From NCBI GenBank assembly GCA_958009085.1, contig OY253679.1, forward strand, positions 744,001-808,000: DNA of 64,000 nt, in the 5' to 3' direction. Positions 49,878-59,549 of this stretch are shown here, piece by piece. Both the position numbers and the translations under genes were made by a program. Each line of letters starts with the position of its first letter. Within the stretch, counting starts at the first letter, position 1. Origin of the DNA: Protoeuglena noctilucae (Eukaryota). The notes beneath the pieces were generated by a model. That model had not been told where the DNA came from and searched no databases. It worked only from the letters and a program-made list of their open reading frames with translations.

Positions 49878-50429
49878 ATGGAGGAGGGGATACCTGGGCC
49901 CCGTGGTGCCCCCGTGGAGACGAGCACGTCGCGGGTGGAGGTGCGATGCCTGGGTTCCGCCCCTGCGTGCGCAAATGTGTCGCAACCCCGTGTCGCAACC
50001 CCGATCCAGGGCCCTTCCTTCCATGCAGACGCCGGGGGGTCACGTGACGCTTCTGGTCTCGCTCTTCGAGGGGACGGCGCTGGTGGTGGCCACGCAGACG
50101 GGGACCATGGGCACCGTGTATGTCGGTCAGGGGGAGCAGGACATGCGGACCGTGCTGGGGAAGCGGGACGACCCCTTGCTGGGTGAGAAGTAGCGGGCTC
50201 TCTCAGATGCGCGGCCCGCAGCGAGCCTCCACATGCACAAGACGTGCTCGTGTGCCTTGCAGACGTCGCGGCGGCGCGGCTGGCGGGGTCCTTGGCACGG
50301 CGAGGCTACACGGGGCGCCTCGTGCTGGGGCTGGGGCTACGAGAGAGCTCGCTAGAGGTCCTGAAATGCGTCACAGAGGCCGTGCAGGCGCTTCCGCTCT
50401 GGTCACGCGGTGCGACGGGGGGTGTTTGA
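49878..50429 (+). CDS. PSMG3: Proteasome assembly chaperone 3 (PAC3/PSMG3), 3 exons
   Basis: Motifs LVVATQTGTMGTV, RTVLGKRDDPLLDVAAARL and LVLGLGLR. Confidence 0.82.
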
Positions 50430-51801
50430 AGAACCGCGCTGCCGTACTACGTCAGCTCCCCGCCTTGCTGCTGCCCATCCTCTGCCACGTATTTCTCAAA
50501 AGAACTCGCGTGCGTCAGGAATCACCGGTGGAGCGCCATGTACGTCTCCACGCAGTCCTGGCCTTGCACCTCCGCGCGGGAGCGCAGGTAGCTGGGAGCA
50601 GACAGCGGACGCGATGAAATGCGCTGGCAGCGGCGCATCAGTCGCTGCATCTGCGACGGATTGTTTCCGAGGTAGCTGTGCTGCTCACCAGGAGAACGCC
50701 TCGGTGAAATCCGCGCCGCAAGGGCTGGACTTGATCTCGGACACGCAGGGGCAGTTCAGCGCCGCCGCGACGCGCCGCTCCGCCTGCAATCGGAGAAACC
50801 ATTTGCGGAGTGGATGAGCAAGCTAACACTGGTCAATGAGGCTTATCGACGCAGCGACAAGGCTGCAAAGTTTGCGAGGTGGCCGGCCCGCCCTCACTCG
50901 CCTCCGGATCGGAGGTCGACGCGCTGTGCACGGTCTCTTCAGCGACCTGCTCGAGCGGGTTGGTCATCACACCGCGTCTTCTTCTCTTCTGTTCTCAAGG
51001 CACGAGGGTCGCTGCTATGAAGGGCTGTGACGGGGCAGGAAATAAAACTGTACTGTCTCCCTCTGCGCACGGACTCCTGCCAGCTTTTGTCCATCGGTGC
51101 GATGCGGCGTACAACTTCACGCGGGGCGTGAAAGGCAGCACGGCATTGCCAGCGCCAGAAGCCACAAGCAGCTACGCGACAACGAGCACACCAAACCCTC
51201 CAGGTCCCCTCAGGACCGCGGCAGCGTGGCCCCCGCCCCCTCCCCGTACGCGCTCGTCCCCATGGATTGCACGGTGCTGCCCGAGCCCGGACGTGACGCG
51301 CCCTTGCCACCGCGCGCCCCTCCTACCCTCGTTCCCGGCCCTGCCGTAGGGGAGGACGCCACCGTGGAGGGCCCCGCCCCCGCGTCGCCCTCGGCCTCAG
51401 AGCCCGCCGCGTACCCGGTGCAGCTGCCGCCGCGGGGGCCGGCACCCCCCAATCCTGACAGACCCCCCTCGAGGCTGCCGGACAGCGACACGGCGGCTGC
51501 GGCTCCCCCGCGCCCCGGGCGGTGCGCGCTGCTGTCGCGGGTGCTCGAACCGGACGCCGAGGCGCGGGAGGGGCTGGGCGCCTGGGCGGCGGCGGCACGG
51601 AGGGCGGGGCCCGGGTGGGCGGGCGTGGCGGGCTGCGAGCTCGTCGGCAGCTGCCCCGGGCGGATGGCCGACCCGGAGTCGGCGCGGGAGGGCGGTCCCG
51701 ACCGTCGGCGCTGGTTGCTGCGGGGGGCGGCGCAGGGACATTTCAGAGCGGCGGATACAGCGAGGGTTGGGCGGCGCGTCTCCGTCTGCGGCGCGCACTC
51801 A

Positions 51802-52985
51802 CTAGGGCGAGGACGGCTCGGACATGAGAGGCGCGGTGGCCGGTGCCCCCGGGCCGCCGCAAGCGTCCGACACGCGGTCGCCTCGCCGCGCGGCCGTCCC
51901 GCGCGCGTCGCCCGGGTACTGCAGGAGGGCCCTGGCGGGGGGGCTGCCCCCGGACCACGCCGCGTGCAGGCTGCCGAGTCCGTTGAAGCCCGTCAGCGTC
52001 ATGGACCCCGCCAGGGAGCTGGCGAGGGAGGACACGGAGGGCGCGTCCGAGTCCGAGGGGTCCCGCCGGCCCAGGGCTTCGAGGCGGTGCTCCAGGCGGC
52101 GCGAGTGCTGCACGAGGAACTCAATCTGCCTGCGGCGAGGGCGGCCGGGACGGGGGCGGGGTGAAGGCGGGGATGAAGGCACGAGGGTCTGCTGGCGTCG
52201 GCCCAGGGTCCTCACCGCGTCAGACGGTTGACGATGCCCTCCTCCTCGGCCTCCATTGCCAGCTCCAACTCGACTTTCTCACGCGACAGCCGGGCAACCT
52301 GCGCCTCCAGTTCGCCCCTCTCCCGCTGCGGGGGCACAAGAAGGGGGGCCTTGTGGGTGGGGGGCCAAGAGTCGCGGCGCACAGCCCGCAGCCCACTCTT
52401 CTCCCGATTCGCGTCGCAGGTCGCGAACCTGGAGGTGGTGCCTGTGCTTCCGCAACGTGTCGATATGCTTCTGCAGCCGGTTCACGATCAGCTCTTGCTC
52501 CGTTTCGCTGCGGGCTTGGTCGGTTGCTGCGAGCTCCTTGAGGCGGCGGTGGGCGACGTCAAGCTCCTGCGCGCGAGGCGGAAGGGCGGTAACGTTGGCG
52601 TAGGGCCGCGGGCGTGGCGCGGCGGGGCGGGCCCGCGCAGCGCGCGCCGTGGGCCCAACCCCCGCGGGGGGCGCCCACACCTGCTCTCGTAGCGCCAGAC
52701 GCTCGCTGCTCGAGGCCAACTCCGCCGCAAGAACTGCGTTCTTCTCTTTCTCGGTGTCGAGCTGCGTCAAAGGGGGAGGCTCGCGCCGAGATGGGCCCGT
52801 GGTGCCCCCGTGGCTGGGTCCCGCAAATCGGGCGCCATTCGGCTGTCGCGGAGTCGGTCCAGCGCGATATAAGAGGAAAACTCGCACGAAATCGTCCTCA
52901 CCTGGCGCCTCGCGTCGCTCAGCTCGGCGCGCAGCGACTCGCCGTCGCCCCCGTCGTTAGGGGGGATCGTGGAGGGACCTGACAT
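51802..52985 (-). CDS. Coiled-coil protein, CCDC6 (DUF2046)-like, multi-exon
   Basis: Repeated E.E.E.IVNRL motif (SETEQELIVNRLQKHID; LSREKVELELAMEAEEEGIVNRLTRQIE), followed by a Ser-rich tail. AAAC-ATG start context. Confidence 0.65.
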
Positions 52986-53160
52986 GTTTATATCGATCGT
53001 CAAGAGTGCATGGGGCCGTCGGCGTCTCGAGCTGCTGTACCCCCCGCGCGAACCCCGGGGCTGGCAGGGCAACCCGGTCGCACCCCTCCTCCTCAGCTCG
53101 CCGAGCGGCCCCCACGCCCCTAACCCCCTCGCGACGCTTGCGTTGCAGACCCTGTCCCAG

Positions 53161-56100
53161 ATGCAGATGCACAGGGTCTTGAGGGAGATGTACTCTGCAT
53201 TGTCCCTGGGCCTGCGGGGCCCCATGGCCGCGGGCGCGAGGGCGCGGGGTTGCGAGGTGGCCACGAGCCGCCCGAGGTCCTTCCATGTGGCGGCCGCGGC
53301 GCTGGCCAAGGACGGTGCGTGGGGGATCGGGGCGCGAGCGGGGCGGGGTGCCCGCGCGTGCGATGTGCCCCCGAGGCTCGCGGAGGGGCGTTTAGATGCA
53401 GCTGATGTGGATGGGCCTGTCGGGTCCTCGCGCGCCCCAGCGGGGGACGACTCGCGACACAGTTACGGGGCTTGGGGGACCCCTGGTCGCGTCGGGGACC
53501 CAGGGCCCTCCTCCCACGCGCCAGGCTCTCTTTCGTCGCATCACAGCGGGATCTAGGGGTCCCGCTGGGGTCGGGGTTCCCCCCTCGCGCGCCTCTGACC
53601 GCGCAGACCCGGTCGCAGGCGCTTTCCGCGCCCGTTGGGGGACGATTGACCCTCCCCCGCGTTATTTGCGAACGCTCGTTTGCGAATTTGCATGCTGCGC
53701 GGGAGCTCTCGCACGCCTCGCGCTCCCGCGCGTGCCGGTCCCCGACCACTCCCTGGCCCGATGTGGCGCCCCCTGGAGGGCCCGCCCGGGCCTCTCGCAT
53801 GCGCCCAAGCGTTGGTGGTTTCTCTCGACATCTTCCGCGGCGGCCGGACCCGGCCACGCTCGCGCCCGCGCGGCTGCAGCGACGGGACACTGATTGGCTC
53901 CAGGCCGCCATCCCTTTCCCACCGCGCGCCCTGTGTCCCGGGCCCCCTGTCGCTCGCGCGCGCGCGGTCCTGCGTCCCCGCTCGCTCCCGCGCCACGCGC
54001 GGATCCGGGGCCGCGGCGGGGCCCCAGGAACCTCGCACCGGTTGTCGTTTCAGTCCCTCCCACCGCGCGACGCGCCCGCCGCGTCCCGCTCCCCGCCCGC
54101 AGCGCCCCCTCGGAAGCTCGCGTTCAACGACGGCCCCCTGGCCGACGTCGACCCGGAGCTCCACGGCATCATTCGCAAGGAGAAGCAGCGCCAGGTGGGG
54201 GCTTAGCGTGTGCCCGGGCGTGCCCCGGCGCCGCCGGGGCGCAGTGCGCCTGCAGGTGGCACGTCACCGACAGGCAGGGATCGCGCGACGCCGGGCCTCC
54301 TCCGCCCTGGGCTCCTCGCGCCGCCGCAGCCCCACCCGTGGCGGCCCTACCCGGCCCCCGCCTCGCGTCTCGCCCCCGCAGGTGACGGGCCTCGAGCTGA
54401 TTGCCTCGGAGAACTTCACTTACACGGCGGTCAACCAGGCGGTGGGGTCGTGCCTGACCAACAAGTACTCCGAGGGCTACCCCGGCAAGCGGTACTATGG
54501 TGGCAACGAGTTCATCGACCAGGTGGGGACGGTGGGGAGGGGCGTTGAGCCACATGCGACATGCGGGGTCACCTTCTCGCGCCTGTCGCGCCCTCAAATC
54601 CCCCTGCTCGAGGCAGCACCACCACGCACTTCCCACTGTCCTCACGCCCTCCTTTGCGCCTGCACCCCAGGTGGAGGAGCTCTGCCAGAAGCGCGCCCTG
54701 CAGGCCTTCCGCCTCGACGCGGCCAAGTGGGGCGTAAACGTCCAGACCCTCTCGGGCTCCCCCGCCAACTTCGCCGTCTACACGGCGCTCCTCCAGCCCC
54801 ACGACCGCATCATGGGCCTCGACCTGCCCCACGGCGGCCACCTCACCCACGGCTTCTACACCCCCAAGAAGCGCGTCTCGGCCACCTCCATCTTTTTCGA
54901 GAGCCTGCCCTACCGGTGAGGGTTGGGCAGCGGCGCTGTGGGGCAGCCAGCACAGGCGGGCGATGGTTGCGATGGTCGGAGCGGCGCTCGCTCCGCCGCC
55001 AGACACGCAGGGCGCCGACTGGTCTCGCGACCTCCCCCGCGCGACCTGGCCCGCGCCCCCTGCCCCCTTGCGCCCACAGCCTCGACGAGCGCACGGGCCT
55101 GATTGACTACGACAAGCTCCACGAGCAGGCCAAGCTGTTCCGCCCCAAGCTCATCATCGCCGGCTTCTCGGCCTACTCCCGCGACATCGACTACGCCCGC
55201 ATGCGCAGCATCTGCGACGACGTCGGGGCGTACCTGATGGCCGACATGGCCCACATCTCGGGCCTCGTGGCCGCGGGGGTCACGGCCGACCCCTTCGAGC
55301 ACGCCGACGTGGTGACCACCACCACGCACAAGAGCCTGCGGGGGCCGAGGGGGGGCATGATCTTCTACAAGAAGGACCTGGAGGACGTCATCAACGGGTG
55401 AGGCTACCTGGAGTGGCGGCACGGTGGTGGCCAGGGGCGGCAGCGGGGCGTGGTGGCAGATGCTGTAATGCAGGGACGGAGGCGCCGGGCTGGTCGCGAC
55501 CCGTCACTTGTGCGACCTCGCTGCCCTCCCTCGCCGCCACCGAATGACCCCCTCTCCGTTGCCCTAGTGCCGTGTTCCCGGGTCTCCAGGGCGGCCCCCA
55601 CAACCACACCATCGCGGGCCTGGCCGTGGCGCTCAAGTACGCCGCCACCCCGGAGTTCAAGGAGTACCAGTTGCAGGTCAAGAAGAACGCCAAGGCCATC
55701 TGGTGAGGAATGGGGCAGGGGGGCTTGGCTCTGCCGTGTGCCTTGGGTGGGTGCACTGCTGACGGACTCGCAGCTCAGCACCCGGGCCACCCCCGCGGCG
55801 CTCCCGTCGCACTCCATGACGCCCTCCCCTGCCCTCCCCGCCCGCAGCGCCCGCCTGCAGAAGCACGGCTACACGGTCGTGTCGGGGGGCACCGACAACC
55901 ACCTGCTGCTGGTGGACCTGAAGCCCCAGGGCATCGACGGCGCGCGGGTGCAGACGGTGCTGGACGAGGTGCACATCACGCTGAACAAGAACTCGGTGCC
56001 GGGGGACACGTCGGCCATGGTCCCCGGGGGCATCCGCATCGGCACCCCGGCCCTCACCACGCGGGGCTTCCAGGAGGGCGACTTCGAGCGCGTCGCGGAC

Positions 56101-56283
56101 TTCATCGACCGCGCCATCCGCATCGCCGTCGACCTCAAGGCCAAGACCCCCGCCCCGGGCAAGCTGAAGGAGTTCAACGCCTACCTGGCCAACGAGGGGC
56201 GCAAGCGCGCCGACCTCCAGGCGCTCAGGCAGGAGGTCCACGACTTCGCCGCGTCCTTCCCCATGCCGGGCGTGAGCGCCTGA
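53161..56283 (+). CDS. SHMT: Serine hydroxymethyltransferase (organellar, probably plastid), multi-exon; start ATG 53161 or 53224
   Basis: Motifs [70 protein letters not shown] (PLP lysine), [18 protein letters not shown] and [14 protein letters not shown]. Confidence 0.97.
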
Positions 56284-57069
56284 GATGTTTGGGATGAGGG
56301 GCCCGGGTCGGTGCGGGGCCGCGTAAGGGGGTGGCGAGGCGGGGCGCACCCCGGGAGGGAGAGGGTGCGGGAGGTGGGGCGAGGCGGCTCGCCGGGGTAG
56401 TGCAGTTTGTGGCGGACAAGGGATGGGAAGTTGGAGCTGGGGCCGACCTTGGGTTGGTGGGTCGAGGGGCGTTTGAGCCGTCGCGACGTGGGGTGCGAGG
56501 GCGGTCGGGGTTGGCAAGGTAGTGTTGGAGTCAGCAGGATGTTTCCAGCGACGTGGGGTCATGAGCGGCAGGTGGAGCACGCGCGTGGGGGTTTGTCGGG
56601 CTCAGCCCATGTCGCTGCCGCTGCCGGGGCCGCAGCATGCGTGGGCATGGGGAGATGGCTGCAAGCCAGCCTGTCCGTCCACGGTGGCGAAGTGCAGGCG
56701 CGCGCTGGGTTGATCGAGGGTCGCGGACTGGGCGTCGGCTGTGACCGTAGTCCCGTTTGCCGCTTGGGCATCGTAGCTGCCGCACGCCCATGGCGTAAGG
56801 CGTTTGCGTGCTGGCGCGTCCTCGGCCCTCGTTTTCGGACCACCCCGACGTGTCTCGAAGTAGCCTTGCTATGCTTGAAAGACCCATTGTGTCTGGCAGA
56901 CATCGCACGTGCGGTCTCACGTGGCAGACCGCACCTGCCAGGCCGTGACAGACGCGATTGCAGGAACAGCCCCAATCGCCAACGCAAGCCACTGCACTGC
57001 CATGGCATGTAGCAGCTGCCTGTCCTTCAACGGCTGACGCGCACCCCACGCGGTCCTGCCCACGTGTCA

Positions 57070-59160
57070 TCACCCGCGCTTGCCTGCCCGGCTGCGCGAC
57101 AGACTCCGAGCGGGGCTCTTGGTCCCCGCCGCGCCACCCCGCCCCCCAATCCCCCTGTTGCGCACCGCGCTCCTCCCACGCCCCCCCGCTCCCTCCCCCA
57201 CTGCCCCGTCGGGCGCAAACACCGACAGGACCTCGGCCTTGACGTCCTCCGGCCAGTCCATGGTTGCGACCGTCTCCCGCAGCTGCACCTGCTCGGCCGA
57301 CCAGTCCCACAGCCACTCCTGCGCGGCCACGTCGGCTGCCCTGCGATGCAAGGTCGGTGGGCGGGGGGCTGGCGGAGCAGTCCGTGGTGGGCAGGGCAGC
57401 GTGGGCTGGCGGGACAGCATCCGGTGGGTTGAGAGGGGCCCAACGGGTGGGGTCGTGCGGGGCGGGTGTCTTGGCAGCACCCCGCAGCACCCGCGATGGG
57501 GTTGCCCCTGCAGCAGCACGCCACGCACCGTGGAGACGCGGGCGCCAGTCGGCAACGCTGGTCGAAGTACCCGATGGTGCCCTTGGCCATGACGGGGGCG
57601 TCGGGGCTGGTGGCGCACCACACGTTGGCACGGGCGCCCTCGGCGGTGTTGAAGAGCATCGAGAAGAGGAGGTTCTGCGGGGCAGAGGGTGAGGGTGAGG
57701 GTGAGGGTAAATGGGGGTCACTGGCAAGTCGGCGTGGGCAGCGCTGGCAGGAGCGGGGGTGAGGCTGTGGCGTGTTACATCAGCAGGGCTGGCTGTGGAG
57801 TGCAGTGCCGTGGCTGGCTGTGTAGTGTAGTGTCGTGTTTCCTGACCTTGTGGATCCACTGGATGGGCTGTGGCAGAGTGCGCGTGACGTCCGAGGCGAT
57901 GTTGCCGGGGTTGAGGGACACACACTCCACGCCCCACGAAGAGGGGAGGCGCGCCCGCAGCAGCGCGGTGAACATGACGCTGGCGAGCTTGCTCTGGGGG
58001 GGAAGGGCAGCGAGCGCACCGGCAGGTCAGCTGTTGGCACGCTGCATGGGTCCGGCACCCTCAGCCCGTGCCCCCAGCCTGCCCGCTCACCTGGCCGTAC
58101 GCGGCGGGGCCTGAGAAGCTCTTGTCAATGTGCATGTCGTCGCGGTGGAGGTACCCCGCCCAGTGCATGAAGGACGCCACCAGGACGATGCGGGGGACGT
58201 AGCCAGGTGACGAAGCGGCAGCTGCCTGGGGAGCAAAAGCGGCGGGGAGCGATGCATGGGTAATGTGGAGCGACGGCGATGAGTCAACGAGGAGGTCCAA
58301 GGCCGGAACAACGGTAGGAGCACGTGATGGTTTGGTTGGCGCCGCGTGTGGGATGTGGGTGCGGGACGCCCGTTCACACACCTTGATCCAGGGGAGGAAG
58401 AGGGCGGTGAGGAGGTAAGGGCCGAGGTGGTTGGTGCCCAGGTGCAGCTCGAAGCCGTCCTTTGTCAGCGAGCGAGAGAGCGCGCCCATGTCAAAGACGC
58501 CCGCGTTGCTGATGAGCGTGTGGATTGGGCGGCCGCCCTCGGCCCACCGGCGCGCGCAAACGCGGATGCTTTCCATATCAGCAACATCTGCAAGCGGAGC
58601 GCGTGCGGGGGCGATCGGGCGGGGTTGCGGCGGGGCCGGGGGCGGGAACATGACGGCCCATTCGCGGGGCCGATGCGAGTCGGGGCTCTGCGGGCGAGCC
58701 AGGTCGCCGGGGCGGAAACCACGCACCCACGAGAACGATTTCGATGTCGGAGGACTTGTGACCGGCGGCGTCCGCGTCCCGGCGGCACTGCTCGAGCGCG
58801 GCTGCGGCCCGCGTCGGCGACCGCACGAAGAGGAAGACGTTCGCGCCCGCGCGAGCGAGCGCGCGTGCCGTGTGGAGGCCGATTCCCGTGGTGGCGCCTG
58901 CGGGACAGCGTGGGGATCGCGAGGATCGGGGCGCGCCCGCGAGCGCGGCAGATGCCAAGGGTCCAGCATGCTGTGCCCATGCACCCCGCAGGATCACCTG
59001 TGACGACGCAGTTGCGGCCCTTCATGTCAGATGTGACGCCGTCTAAGTCTGGCAGGCCGTACGTCCGGATCCGCTGCAGGACGACGTCGGAGGCGAGCCC
59101 GCCATATGCTCGCACCAGGTCCACCAAGGAAAGCGGGTCGAAGGCGGTGACGCCGCCCAT
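57070..59160 (-). CDS. Short-chain dehydrogenase/reductase, retinol dehydrogenase / FOREVER YOUNG-like, multi-exon
   Basis: Motifs VVTGATTGIG, LISNAGVF, DGFELHLGTNHLGPYLLT, RIVLVAS, AYGQSKLA (YxxxK), LNPGNIAS and WLWDWS. Confidence 0.9.
57685..57708. repeat. (GAGGGT)4 intronic microsatellite
   Basis: Four perfect hexamers just upstream (on the - strand) of an SDR 3' splice site. Confidence 0.85.
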
Positions 59161-59549
59161 GGCTGCTAGGTGGATCTACGCCACGATATCTTGTCGAGCC
59201 GGTGCCGCGATCCCCCTGCGATGCGATGTGGAGCGTGCGGCCCTGCGATTGTGTCCACCGTCGAGTGCCGAAGGATGCCGCACGGGGCAGGGGTCGATGG
59301 ATCGCCGCGTTGAACGCAAGGGCTAAGGAAGCGTCGAATGTAGATCAGCAAGGGCTCTGGCCGCTCCCAGGGTGCGCCAATTTGCTCTGGCAGCGCTGCA
59401 AGACCAGGTCTGCTTCAGCGATGGAACGGTGCCAATTGTCACCGCTTTCAAGCAGATCCATTTCCTTGCCAGGAGCGATTGTGCATTCCGCTGCCTGTTG
59501 CCCAACAGGCCCCAGCGGACTCGGTCGGCTTTGCGGGAGGCTCTTCGAA

